From assembly GCA_965248265.1 (NCBI GenBank), contig CBDFJF010000001.1:2816001-2880000 (forward strand): a stretch of 64,000 bases of DNA, in the 5' to 3' direction. This stretch comes from Candidatus Latescibacterota bacterium. Lineage in GTDB: Bacteria > Latescibacterota > UBA2968 > UBA8231. Under the pieces are notes generated by a model that saw nothing but the letters and a program-made list of their open reading frames with translations, had not been told where the DNA came from and did no database searches. How positions within the stretch are numbered: position 1 is the stretch's first letter; every line of letters begins with the position of its first letter. The position numbers were made by a program, and so were the translations under genes. Below, piece after piece: positions 29,051 through 38,844 of the stretch.

Positions 29051-29078
29051 AGACGGAAATGAGAAACGAATGGACGCA
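29051..29078 (-). promoter_or_regulatory. Putative ECF-type promoter for the arsI-sigZ operon
   Basis: Minus strand TGCGTC-N17-CGTCT about 50 nt upstream of the arsI ATG; CGTC is a common ECF -10 element. Confidence 0.4.
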
Positions 29079-29100
29079 AAAAAGTTCTTTGGGGGCCTCT

Positions 29101-29844
29101 TCACGTGATCGACGGTGGACACCCGAAGCGATCGGTGATGGCCCGCGCCGTATTGATGTGACGCTTGCCGTTCTTGAGGCTGAAGTTGAGATGCCCGGGC
29201 AGCAGCGCCTCGAACGAATACTCTGAGAGTCGTTCGATCGACTCGATGGTTTGGGGTACGCTGCAATCGTAGGTCTTCTGCAGGACAACCTTCCCACCGA
29301 AGAAAATGGCGTCTCCACCCACGAGGTAGGTCTTGTCCTTTCCGGTAACCAGGTAGGAGCAGTGGTCGTGGCTGTTGCCGGGCGTGTGGATCATTTCGAT
29401 GTTGAAGTCTCCGATGGTAACAACATCACCGTGGTCGAGGACATGCTCCACCGGGCTGGAACGGTAGACATAGTCGTGTGGGTAGATTCCACCCTCTTTA
29501 GCTGTATCCAGGCTCACGGCCGCTTCGTCACCGCTCACGATGATCTTCGCCGTTGCCTCCGAGGCATAGACCTCGACAGCGACGTGATCGCGCAGATGGG
29601 CGGTACCGCCGCCATGGTCGGCGTGGGCGTGGGTCAGGAACAGGTAGTCGATGCGGTTGGGATCCAGCCCATCGTGGCGACAGATGCCCAAGATCTCTTC
29701 GACACCGAAGCCTGACCCCATGTCGAACACGGCACAGCCTGCTGCTCCCCCATCGAACAGGAAGATGTTGCAGTCATAGCGGTCGGTCATGTCGAAGCCC
29801 ATGACGCCGCTGCCGACGAGATAGACATTGCGGTCGATTCTCAT
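29101..29844 (-). CDS. MBL-fold metallo-hydrolase
   Basis: THAHADHGGG, HTPGNS, GDAIF, LLPGH. Confidence 0.88.
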   Translation of the reverse strand: MRIDRNVYLVGSGVMGFDMTDRYDCNIFLFDGGAAGCAVFDMGSGFGVEEILGICRHDGLDPNRIDYLFLTHAHADHGGGTAHLRDHVAVEVYASEATAKIIVSGDEAAVSLDTAKEGGIYPHDYVYRSSPVEHVLDHGDVVTIGDFNIEMIHTPGNSHDHCSYLVTGKDKTYLVGGDAIFFGGKVVLQKTYDCSVPQTIESIERLSEYSFEALLPGHLNFSLKNGKRHINTARAITDRFGCPPSIT

Positions 29845-30809
29845 GGTGTCTCCTGAAGGATGATCTCGGACAACAGCGCCGCGTCGACGTTGCCGCCGCT
29901 GACGACCGCTACGGCCGTCCCGTCAGCGTCCGCTTCATTGTGGAACAGGGCTGCCGCCACCGCGACGGCGCCGCTGGGCTCGACGACGAGTCGGGCATCC
30001 AGGATCGTGCGCCGCATGGCCTGAGTGATCTCCTGTTCGCTGACGGTGATGATGTCGGCGGCGAATTCACGAATGTGGGCGAAGGTCAGGTCGCCGACGC
30101 GGGTGGCGCGCATGCCGTCGGCGCTTGTGCGGCGAGCATCCTCGAGGGGAATCTCGACAACGCTGCCCGTGTGAAAACTTTGGCGTGCGTCATCGGCAAC
30201 CTCAGGCTCGACACCGATGACCCTTCCTCCAAAACCAGACAGCTTCAGGGCAGCCCCGGTGCCGCTGAGCAACCCTCCACCGCCGACGGGAACGAAGACG
30301 ACGTCCACTTCTGGTTGGTCTTCGAATATCTCCAGGCCGACAGTCGCGGCTCCAGCGATGACGAACTCGTCCTCGAAGGGGGGCACCATCACGAGACCGC
30401 GTTGCTGCGCCAACTCTTCGGCCGCCAGACGCCAATCCTCCTCGCTGCCGCCCTCCAACTCGACGATGGTCGCACCGAGAGCCCTCGTTTTCACCTTCTT
30501 GATCTGCGGAGCAATCGCCGGCATCACAATCGTCGCTTTGATGCTGAGAACCCGGGCCGCGTAGGCGACGCCCTGAGCGTGATTGCCACTCGAGAACGCG
30601 ATGACGCCGCTTGCTTTTTCTTGATCTGATAGGGAGGCAATCTTGTTGTAGGCCCCTCGCAGTTTGAAGGCCCCGATCGGCTGCAGGCTCTCTGGTTTGA
30701 GCCACAGATGGCCGCCTGATTGAGGCTTTGGAAAGGCGATCAGTGGTGTGCGGGTCGCCACCCCTAGGATCCGCTTCTGTGCGGTAACAATGTCCTGGAG
30801 CTCAATCAT
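29841..30809 (-). CDS. PLP-dependent threonine/serine dehydratase (no ACT domain)
   Basis: LKPESLQPIGAFKLRGA, SSGNHAQG, PVGGGGL, VEPSGA, SGGN. Confidence 0.92.
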   Translation of the reverse strand: MIELQDIVTAQKRILGVATRTPLIAFPKPQSGGHLWLKPESLQPIGAFKLRGAYNKIASLSDQEKASGVIAFSSGNHAQGVAYAARVLSIKATIVMPAIAPQIKKVKTRALGATIVELEGGSEEDWRLAAEELAQQRGLVMVPPFEDEFVIAGAATVGLEIFEDQPEVDVVFVPVGGGGLLSGTGAALKLSGFGGRVIGVEPEVADDARQSFHTGSVVEIPLEDARRTSADGMRATRVGDLTFAHIREFAADIITVSEQEITQAMRRTILDARLVVEPSGAVAVAAALFHNEADADGTAVAVVSGGNVDAALLSEIILQETP

Positions 30810-30932
30810 GGGGCTTCGTGATCCTGATTGTGGTCGTCCCGATCGTGGTTGTCCTCCACCTCTATCTTTTCACCCCCTACATAACTAAAAATGCGATGAT
30901 GAGGCGAGTGCCCGGACCCTGGGAACTTTTTG

Positions 30933-30961
30933 TTGACCAATCGGTCCCTAATTACTACATT
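30933..30961 (+). promoter_or_regulatory. Sigma70-like promoter overlapping a palindromic putative TetR operator
   Basis: TTGACC-N17-TACATT upstream of the MMPL gene; GACC-AATC-GGTC palindrome at 30935-30946 overlaps the -35; a TetR gene lies in the same operon. Confidence 0.6.
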
Positions 30962-31012
30962 CGGGTTCATCATTCATCTGTCGCAGTGTTCAACGAGAAG
31001 GAGAATAGCCCA

Positions 31013-33382
31013 ATGTCCACGAGTCCCGAAAATGGTAATGGCAATGGCAACGGCTTAGCCAGCGCCTTCGCCGAGTGGGTCATCCGCTGGCGCTGGCTCG
31101 TCCTCATCGGATCCATCGCAGTCGCCCTGGTCGCCGGTTCCGGTGGAGAGCGCCTGGCGTTCAACAATGACTACCGCGTCTTCTTCGCCGAGGACAATCC
31201 CGAGCTGCTCGCCTTCGAAAAGCTGCAGCGCACCTATACCAAAATCGACAACGTCCTCTTCGCCATTGCTCCGCGCGAAGGAGGAGTCTTCACGCCCGAA
31301 ATTCTGGATGCGGTCGAGTTTTTGACCCTGGAGGCCTGGCAGCTGCCGTTCGTCCTGCGGGTAGACTCCATCACCAACTACCAGCACACCACCGCCACGG
31401 ACGATGATCTGATCGTGGCGGATCTGGTCGAGGGTGGTGTCGATTTCACGCGCGTGATGCTGGACGAAGTCTCGCACATCGCCACTAATGAGCCGACCAT
31501 GCGCGACTTCCTGGTCGCCCATGAGGGACACACCACCGGCGTCAACGTCACCTTCCAGATGCCGCAGCTGGCCATGGATGAAACGCCAGAAGCCGTGGCC
31601 GCCGCCCGCGAACTCGCATCCAGGATCGAAGAGAAGTACCCCGTTGACATCCACCTCACCGGTATGGTCATGCTCAACAATGCCTTTCAGGAAATGAGTC
31701 TGAAGGATATGACCACCATGGTGCCGGGGATGTACATCATCATCATTCTCGCCACCTTGCTACTCGTGCGCTCCTTTACGGCCATGATCGGCACGGTCAT
31801 CGTCATTCTTCTCTCGTTGATGACAGCCATGGGCTTGGCGGGTTGGGCCGGAATCGAACTCACACCGCCGTCATCGATCGCACCCACCATCATCATGACG
31901 CTGGCCGTGGCCGACTCCATTCACGTCCTCATCAGCATGTTGAGTGCCATGCGGCGCGGCCTCACCCGGCGCGAGGCACTCGTCGAGAGCATGCGCGTCA
32001 ATATGTCGCCGGTTTTTCTCACCAGCGTAACGACGGCGATCGGTTTTCTGTCGCTGAACTTTTCCGACTCACCTCCCTTCGGTGACCTGGGCAACATCAC
32101 CGCCGTGGGCATGGTGGCTGCTTTCTTCTACTCGGTCGGATTTCTGCCCGCGTTTATCGCCATCGTCCCGGTCAAGGTACGCGAAGGGCAGTCTGTTCTC
32201 GGCCGCTTCATGGACCAGCTTGGCGACTGGGTCGTCGAGCGCAACAGGCGAATACTCGTCGTGTTCTCGGCGTTCGCCATGCTCCTGCTCGCCTTCATTC
32301 CATCGAACGATCTCAATGACGATTTCGTCGCCTACTTCGACGAGTCGACCTCGTTCCGCAGCGACGTCAATATCACCACGGAACGGCTCACGGGGGCCTA
32401 CCAGCTGCAGTACTCGCTGGAATCCGGCTCCAGCAATGGGGTCAGTGATCCGGTATTCCTGGAGCGGGTCGGCGGCTTCGTCGAATGGCTTCGTTCGCAG
32501 CCCGAGGTCCGGCACGTCAACTCCATCACCGATACCTTCAAGCGCCTGAACATGAATTTGCACGGCGACGACCGCTCCTACTACCGACTGCCGGAGGACC
32601 GCGAGCTCGCCGCCCAGTACCTGCTGCTCTACGAGCTGTCCCTGCCCTACGGCTTGGACCTCAACAATCAACTCAACATCGACAAGTCCAGCACCCAGAT
32701 CGTCGCCACCCTAAACAACCTCGATTCTCGCCGCCTGCGCGACATCGCCCAACGCGGCGAGGCCTGGCTGCGCGACAACACTCCCGAGATGGCAGCGAGC
32801 GGAATCGGCCCCGCCATCATGTTCGCCTATATATCGGATCGAAATATCCGCTCCATGCTGGTCGGTACCTTCCTGGCCGTCTTGCTTATCTCTGCTATTC
32901 TGGTGGGGGTGCTGCGGTCACCGAAACTGGGCACGATATCGCTGGTGCCCAACTTGCTGCCTGCCGGCCTCGCCTTCGGTGCCTGGGGGTTTTTCGTGGG
33001 TGAGCTCAACATGGCCGTGTCCATGGTCAGCGGCATGACCCTGGGCATCGTCGTCGATGATACCATTCACTTTCTGACGAAGTATAAAAGAGGCCGGCTC
33101 GAGCAGGGACTGGACGCACCTGATGCCGTCCGCTATGCCTTTTCCCATGTCGGTCAGGCCATCGTCGTCACCTCGATTATCCTGATCGCCGGGTTCAGCG
33201 TGCTGGCCACCTCGGACTTTGCTCTCAATTCACTGATGGCACTGCTTACCGCCATCGCCATCTTCATGGCCGTTGTTGCCGACTTCCTGCTGCTGCCAGC
33301 CCTCCTCATCATGCTGGACAGCAGGAAGCCCAAAGAGGCTGCCGGACTCGCCGGTGTGCCCAGTCCCGCACCCGCCAGCTGA
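31013..33382 (+). CDS. MMPL/RND family transporter
   Basis: Two repeats of large soluble loop + TM bundle; AVADSIH, LTSVTTAIGF, GIVVDDTIHF; RBS AAGGAG before ATG 31013. Confidence 0.92.
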   Translation: MSTSPENGNGNGNGLASAFAEWVIRWRWLVLIGSIAVALVAGSGGERLAFNNDYRVFFAEDNPELLAFEKLQRTYTKIDNVLFAIAPREGGVFTPEILDAVEFLTLEAWQLPFVLRVDSITNYQHTTATDDDLIVADLVEGGVDFTRVMLDEVSHIATNEPTMRDFLVAHEGHTTGVNVTFQMPQLAMDETPEAVAAARELASRIEEKYPVDIHLTGMVMLNNAFQEMSLKDMTTMVPGMYIIIILATLLLVRSFTAMIGTVIVILLSLMTAMGLAGWAGIELTPPSSIAPTIIMTLAVADSIHVLISMLSAMRRGLTRREALVESMRVNMSPVFLTSVTTAIGFLSLNFSDSPPFGDLGNITAVGMVAAFFYSVGFLPAFIAIVPVKVREGQSVLGRFMDQLGDWVVERNRRILVVFSAFAMLLLAFIPSNDLNDDFVAYFDESTSFRSDVNITTERLTGAYQLQYSLESGSSNGVSDPVFLERVGGFVEWLRSQPEVRHVNSITDTFKRLNMNLHGDDRSYYRLPEDRELAAQYLLLYELSLPYGLDLNNQLNIDKSSTQIVATLNNLDSRRLRDIAQRGEAWLRDNTPEMAASGIGPAIMFAYISDRNIRSMLVGTFLAVLLISAILVGVLRSPKLGTISLVPNLLPAGLAFGAWGFFVGELNMAVSMVSGMTLGIVVDDTIHFLTKYKRGRLEQGLDAPDAVRYAFSHVGQAIVVTSIILIAGFSVLATSDFALNSLMALLTAIAIFMAVVADFLLLPALLIMLDSRKPKEAAGLAGVPSPAPAS

Positions 33383-33415
33383 TTTGAATGAATACTCCAG
33401 GAGATAGATAAAGAC

Positions 33416-34291
33416 ATGAACCTCTACGACATCATCCGCAACAGCTGTGCCCGAGTACCCGCCCTGCTCTCCATCGCGGGAGCCTTGCGGGTATCGGGGC
33501 TCGCCGTCTTCATCATGCTCTCAGCGCCGGTAGTGAGCCTGGCACAAAAACCGCCCGCCCAAATCGACCCCGCCGATGCTGCCCGTGGGTTGGAGATCGC
33601 CGTGGAAGCCGATCGACGCGACACCGGCTTCGGTGACTTCAAGGCCAACATCACGATGGTTCTGCGCAACAAGCATGGCGAAGCGTCCGAGCGGCGCATG
33701 CAGGTGCGGACCCTGGAGCAGAGTGATGACGGCGATAAATCCCTGATCATCTTCGAAAATCCAGGCGACGTGAAGGGGACCTCCTTCCTGTCCTTTACCC
33801 ACAAAACCGGCTCGGATGACCAGTGGCTTTACCTGCCCAAATTGAAACGGGTCAAGCGCATCGCCTCCAGCAACAAGTCCGGCCGGTTCATGGGCAGCGA
33901 GTTCGCCTACGAGGACATCTCCTCCCAGGAAGTGGAGAAGTACAGCTACCGGTTCATCGGCGAGGAGGCCATTGACGGGCGCAACCACTTCGTTGTTGAG
34001 CGCGACCCGGCGGATCCGAAGTCCGGCTACTCTCGGCAGATCGCCTGGCTCGACACCGATGAGTATCGTGTCTGGAAAGTCGACTTCTACGATCGCCGCG
34101 GCTCGCTGGTGAAGACGCTGACGGTCAGCGACTACGACCAGTACCTGGAAAAGTTCTGGCGCGCCAAGAGCTGGAAGATGGTCAACCACCAAACCGGGAA
34201 GGAGACCGATCTTCTGTGGGACGAGTTTGTTTTTGCCAATGGGTTCGAAGACAAGGATTTCAGCAAGAACAGCCTGGCCCGTGCTCGCTGA
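33416..34291 (+). CDS. Outer-membrane lipoprotein-sorting (LolA-like) protein
   Basis: GDKSLIIF..PGDVKGT.FL, DDQWLYLP.LKRVKRI, FMGSEFAYED, DFYDRRG. Confidence 0.88.
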   Translation: MNLYDIIRNSCARVPALLSIAGALRVSGLAVFIMLSAPVVSLAQKPPAQIDPADAARGLEIAVEADRRDTGFGDFKANITMVLRNKHGEASERRMQVRTLEQSDDGDKSLIIFENPGDVKGTSFLSFTHKTGSDDQWLYLPKLKRVKRIASSNKSGRFMGSEFAYEDISSQEVEKYSYRFIGEEAIDGRNHFVVERDPADPKSGYSRQIAWLDTDEYRVWKVDFYDRRGSLVKTLTVSDYDQYLEKFWRAKSWKMVNHQTGKETDLLWDEFVFANGFEDKDFSKNSLARAR

Positions 34292-34340
34292 CGGTCGGGA
34301 CCCACGGGGCTTGAGGAGACCTGAGGTTATTCGTGTGGTG

Positions 34341-35528
34341 ATGCGGGCCGTCCTTGTCGCTTCAGTCACTGCTGTTTCGTTCGTTGCGCAACCGGTCTCG
34401 GCCGGTGAGCTCTCCGGAGAGATCGCGTTCGAGAGTCGTCTCTTCCCGAGTGACGCCCTTGATGCTCGTCAGCAAGACACTGGACTCTCCGTTGCCTTTG
34501 AGCCGGAGTTTTATCACGACTGGGCTGATGGCGACCAGCGTTTCGTCGTCGTCCCCTTCGTGCGCTGGGACCTCGAAGACTCGGAGCGTACCCATGTGGA
34601 TGTGCGCGAGCTCTACTGGCGGCGCTCCTTTGCCAACGAGGATCTCTATATCGGATTTCGAAAGGTGTTCTGGGGGGTGACCGAGTCTGTCCATCTCGTC
34701 GACATCGTCAACCAGACTGATCAGGTCGAAAACCCGGATGGCGAGGACAAGCTCGGTCAGCCCATGCTGCAGCTGACTCTGCTGCGCGACTGGGGCACGC
34801 TGGATCTGTTCCTCATGTCTGGGTTTCGCGAACGCCCCTTCGCTGGGGGCGACGGCAGGCTGAGACCTCCTCTGTCCGTCGACGGAGATGATACGTCCTA
34901 CGAGGCCGAGCTCGATCGGTGGCAGCCCGACCTGGCTGCACGCTGGAGTCAGATCCTCGGCGACTACGACATCGGCATCAGTCACTTTTTCGGCACGTCC
35001 CGAGAACCGGGCTTGATTCCACGCAGCTCCGCCGAGGGTACGCCAGGGGACAGGCTTACTCCCCACTACGATCTTCTGAATCAGACCAGTCTGGACCTGC
35101 AGCTCACCCGCGGCGACTGGCTCGCCAAGCTCGAAGCGGTACACCGCGATGGTGGCGACGGCCGCTCCAGTGCAGCGGTCGCCGGCGTTGAGTATACCCT
35201 GGTCGGCCTGTTCGGTGACGCCGATCTGGGCGTCGTCGCCGAGGGCCAGTACGACAACCGAGATGCGCCCACGTTTTTCGACAACGACATTGCTGTTGGC
35301 GGACGTTTCACCCTCAATGACACCCAGGATACCGATGTTCTCGCCTTCACCTCCATCGACCTGGACAACGGCTCACGCTTTACCTCAGTAGAGACCAACA
35401 GGCGCTGGAGCGACTCCGGTGAGATCAGGCTGGAAGCTCGATTTTTCAGCAACGTGGACCCTGCCGATCCACTGTTCGCGTTGCGGCGAGACGACTACAT
35501 TCAAGTAGAGTACGTGCAATTCTTCTGA
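34341..35528 (+). CDS. Putative outer-membrane beta-barrel protein associated with the MMPL/LolA-like genes
   Basis: Signal peptide; amphipathic beta strands; VFWGVTES.HLVDIVNQTD; terminal aromatic residues (YVQFF). Confidence 0.75.
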   Translation: MRAVLVASVTAVSFVAQPVSAGELSGEIAFESRLFPSDALDARQQDTGLSVAFEPEFYHDWADGDQRFVVVPFVRWDLEDSERTHVDVRELYWRRSFANEDLYIGFRKVFWGVTESVHLVDIVNQTDQVENPDGEDKLGQPMLQLTLLRDWGTLDLFLMSGFRERPFAGGDGRLRPPLSVDGDDTSYEAELDRWQPDLAARWSQILGDYDIGISHFFGTSREPGLIPRSSAEGTPGDRLTPHYDLLNQTSLDLQLTRGDWLAKLEAVHRDGGDGRSSAAVAGVEYTLVGLFGDADLGVVAEGQYDNRDAPTFFDNDIAVGGRFTLNDTQDTDVLAFTSIDLDNGSRFTSVETNRRWSDSGEIRLEARFFSNVDPADPLFALRRDDYIQVEYVQFF

Positions 35529-35545
35529 AGTATTGAGGCATTCGG

Positions 35546-36157
35546 ATGGCCAGGCCACGTGAATTCGACATGGATCAAGCCCTGGATGCGGCTCTGAACA
35601 CATTCTGGACCCAGGGCTATGAGGCGACCTCCATGACCGACCTGATGGAGGCCACCGGGCTGCACAAGGGGTCTCTCTACAAGGCCTTCGAGGACAAGCA
35701 CGATCTGTTCATGAAGTCGCTGACCCGGTACCTGGACGCTACCTGGGCGATGTCTCAGGCGACGTTGACGGAGGCTGAGAGCCCACTCGACGGTCTCCGT
35801 GCCTGGTTGCAGGGGGCCGCTCAGCTGTGTAGCAAGCAGCCGATCCAACGAGGGTGCATGGCCATGAACACGGCCATCGAACTCGGCCCCCACGACAGCG
35901 AAGTTGCCAGACTGCTAAAAGACAATCACGCCCGCGTCTCCCAATTGTTGACCGAAACCATCCAGCGCGGTCAACGTGAGGGCCAACTGCGCACCGACCT
36001 CACCGCCGACCAGCTCGCCAAGTCCCTCTTCGTTTTCACCGCCGGCCTCGTCGGCACGTCTAAGATTCTCGGCGACACCATCGACTCCGAGGAAATGGTG
36101 GCGGCCCACATCCAATGCATCGCCCCGCAGGAAGGTCGGACCCGGCGCGGAGGATGA
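35546..36157 (+). CDS. TetR/AcrR family regulator
   Basis: MARPREFD...FW.QGYEATSM.DL.EATGLHKGSLY.AF.DK; GCMAMNT. Confidence 0.92.
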   Translation: MARPREFDMDQALDAALNTFWTQGYEATSMTDLMEATGLHKGSLYKAFEDKHDLFMKSLTRYLDATWAMSQATLTEAESPLDGLRAWLQGAAQLCSKQPIQRGCMAMNTAIELGPHDSEVARLLKDNHARVSQLLTETIQRGQREGQLRTDLTADQLAKSLFVFTAGLVGTSKILGDTIDSEEMVAAHIQCIAPQEGRTRRGG

Positions 36158-37914
36158 GCGCCGATGCCCTCAGCAAGCTGACCACCGATCACCGCGCCAT
36201 CGCCCGTGCCGTCGCTCAGTTAAAGGACAAAGCTCGCGAGTTCGCCAGGATTCCTCCGGCGACCAAGGCGCTTGTGCTGCGCGAGTGCATGGCGGGATTG
36301 GTGAGGGAAGCACCCGGTTGGGTGGCCGAAGGGGCGAGGGCGCGCAGCGCCAGTCCAGCGGAGGAATGGCTGGCTGGCCCGATAGTGACAGTACGGTTGT
36401 TCCGCTTGATGGCAGAAAGCCTGGACCGCATTGCCGCCGACGGCAACCCCTCACTCGGCCGCGCCATCCGGATTCGTGACGATGGTCGGATCGAGATTAC
36501 CCTGTTTCCGGGCAGCTCACTGGACCGGGTGAGTTTCGCTGGTTTCTCGGGTACCGCGCTGATGGAAGCAGGGGTCAGCCTCGACGACGCGCGCGCGCGG
36601 CAGGCAGCCTTCTACCAGCAGCAGCTCCCCGATGGAGGCCTGTCAGTCATTCTCGGCGCCGGTAACGTCTCCAGCATACCAGCCATGGACGTGGCCACGA
36701 AGATGTTCATCGACGGCAAGGTCTGCATCCTCAAGATGAACCCGGTGAACGAATGGGTTGGGCCGTTCCTGGAGCGAGCCCTGGCTCCCCTGATCTCCCG
36801 TGACTATCTGCGCATCGTCTACGGCGGCGCCGAGGTGGGGGCGAATCTGGTCTACCATTCCCAGGTGGATGAGGTGCACCTCACCGGATCTGCGCAGACC
36901 CACGACCTCATCGTGTGGGGGTCGCCAGGTGACGAACGTGAGCAGCGTCGGGCCGACGGCGACCCATTGCTCAAGACTCCGATCACGTCTGAGCTCGGCA
37001 ACGTCAGCCCGGTTGCCATCGTCCCCGACTACTACAGCGACGACGAACTCCGGTTCATGTCCCGCAACATCGTGACGATGGTTGTCAACAATGCGTCGTT
37101 CAACTGTAACGCTGCTAAGATGATCGTCACGGCTGCCGGATGGCCACAGCGTATCAAGTTTCTCGACATGATAGCGAGCACCCTCGCCGCCGCGCCCACC
37201 CGACGTGCCTACTATCCCGGGGCCTTCGAGCGCTGGCAGGCACTGATGGCCAACCACAACGATGCCGAGCACATCGGAGATGTCGGTGACGACACACTGC
37301 CATGGGCACTCATCCGCGGCCTCGACTCTGGAGATCCAGACGAGCCCCTGTTCTTCGTCGAGCCGTTTTGTGGCATCCTCAGCGAGACCAGCGTCGGCAG
37401 CAACGACGCGGTAGAATTTCTCGAGGCTGCAACCGCCTTCATGAACGGGTGCCTGTGGGGGACGCTCAATGCCACCCTACTGATCCCACCCGCACTGGAA
37501 GCCGACCCGCTTGTGGCCACCGCCCTGGATCGGGCCATCGTGAAGCTTCGATATGGCACCGTGGCCATCAACCACTGGCCGGCCCTCGGTTACGGATTCG
37601 GGTGCATGCCGTGGGGCGGACACCAGAGTTCAACCCTGGACGACATTCAGAGCGGCCTCGGATGGGTCCACAACACCTTCATGCTGGATGGGGTCGACAA
37701 GTCTGTCGTACGCGGTCCGCTGACCGTCAAACCCTACCCGGTGTGGTTCTTCGACAACGAGAAGACCGCCAAGGTGGCACCGCACATAAAAGGTGGCACC
37801 GCACATAATAGGAATAGAAGCGAAGCCCAGCTGGCTCAAGCTGCCTGGACTCTTGAGACGCGTCCTGTTGTAAGTTCACACGGCGTGACGGAGCTGCATG
37901 TCGGTCGAAACTGA
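36154..37914 (+). CDS. Aldehyde dehydrogenase family protein; C-terminus frameshifted by a 19-bp tandem duplication (native stop likely 37873)
   Basis: LGAGN, LKMNPVN, HLTGS, TSELGNVSP, NASFNC, EPFCG, LRYGTVAINHW. ATG 36154 overlaps the TetR stop. Confidence 0.85.
   Translation: MSADALSKLTTDHRAIARAVAQLKDKAREFARIPPATKALVLRECMAGLVREAPGWVAEGARARSASPAEEWLAGPIVTVRLFRLMAESLDRIAADGNPSLGRAIRIRDDGRIEITLFPGSSLDRVSFAGFSGTALMEAGVSLDDARARQAAFYQQQLPDGGLSVILGAGNVSSIPAMDVATKMFIDGKVCILKMNPVNEWVGPFLERALAPLISRDYLRIVYGGAEVGANLVYHSQVDEVHLTGSAQTHDLIVWGSPGDEREQRRADGDPLLKTPITSELGNVSPVAIVPDYYSDDELRFMSRNIVTMVVNNASFNCNAAKMIVTAAGWPQRIKFLDMIASTLAAAPTRRAYYPGAFERWQALMANHNDAEHIGDVGDDTLPWALIRGLDSGDPDEPLFFVEPFCGILSETSVGSNDAVEFLEAATAFMNGCLWGTLNATLLIPPALEADPLVATALDRAIVKLRYGTVAINHWPALGYGFGCMPWGGHQSSTLDDIQSGLGWVHNTFMLDGVDKSVVRGPLTVKPYPVWFFDNEKTAKVAPHIKGGTAHNRNRSEAQLAQAAWTLETRPVVSSHGVTELHVGRN
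37771..37808 (+). repeat. Perfect 19-bp tandem duplication AAGGTGGCACCGCACATAA x2
   Basis: Read directly at 37771-37789 and 37790-37808. Confidence 0.95.
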
Positions 37915-38044
37915 ATGGAATCCTGAGTTGAGTCCTCTTCCTTGACCGACTCCTGACAATTCCCCTTTATGTGCCGTAGATACGTTCCATCCGGAGCGGC
38001 CGAAGAGAACCGGTTTTCAATCACGGCACGAATGAAAGGACCCC

Positions 38045-38821
38045 ATGCCCCCTGACATCACCGACTACGGCAACTCCTACATCCGTTGGACCGGCTCGTT
38101 CAATACTGATGACAAGCGCAAACCCGGACACATGCCCTGGGACAATACCGTGCGCATTCTGCTGGATTCGCGCTGTTGGATCACGGATGCGTCTGGCGAG
38201 ACTCGTGAGTACAACATGATTTCGCCATGCCGAACGGAGTGGATGTACCGCTCGGACATTCTGTGGCAGCAACCCAATTATGAATTCGCCGGCATATGCT
38301 CTTCGACAGAATGGATGGCCGGACACATCAGGGCGGGAGACATGAACGAATTCGGTGGCGACTGGCGAGATGCGCGCCCGATCGAGAATCGCTTTCGGGA
38401 TTTTCAAACCGACGCCAGGTACCATTCGCACGTAGACGAGCTGGAAAACGACGAACAGGTCGTCGAGGCGACGCTGAGTTCCCAACCGATCGTTGCCCGT
38501 ACCGAGGTCTGGAGTTCCGACGAGAAGACCCGGGCGGTAGTCGAGTACCCGATCAAGACCATGAATGTGCAGTTGGATCGCAAGCTTATGCAGGTTGACA
38601 CCGGTCCCTGCATCTACCCTGATCTCGATGCTGACACAGACAGCGAAATCAAGAAGCTCCACTTCGCCTTCGTCTGCTTCAACGCCAACGACGTCGCCGA
38701 GTTCGTCCTGCGCGGACCCACACCGGTTGTACGCGACGGCGAGCAGGTTGGCACCTACATCGATTACTCGGACGTGCGCCGCGTGCCGATCAAGAACACA
38801 TTTTACGTAGCGCGGTCGTAA
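38045..38821 (+). CDS. Hypothetical protein, no family recognised
   Basis: 258-aa ORF with typical codon bias; RBS AAAGGA; first gene of a co-directional run. Confidence 0.8.
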   Translation: MPPDITDYGNSYIRWTGSFNTDDKRKPGHMPWDNTVRILLDSRCWITDASGETREYNMISPCRTEWMYRSDILWQQPNYEFAGICSSTEWMAGHIRAGDMNEFGGDWRDARPIENRFRDFQTDARYHSHVDELENDEQVVEATLSSQPIVARTEVWSSDEKTRAVVEYPIKTMNVQLDRKLMQVDTGPCIYPDLDADTDSEIKKLHFAFVCFNANDVAEFVLRGPTPVVRDGEQVGTYIDYSDVRRVPIKNTFYVARS

Positions 38822-38844
38822 ACAAAGCACAAGGAGACCACACC

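Noticed and set aside
31031-31054. AATGGY repeat encoding NGNGNGNG at the MMPL N-terminus
   Set aside because: In-frame, imperfect low-complexity linker; no sign of phase variation.
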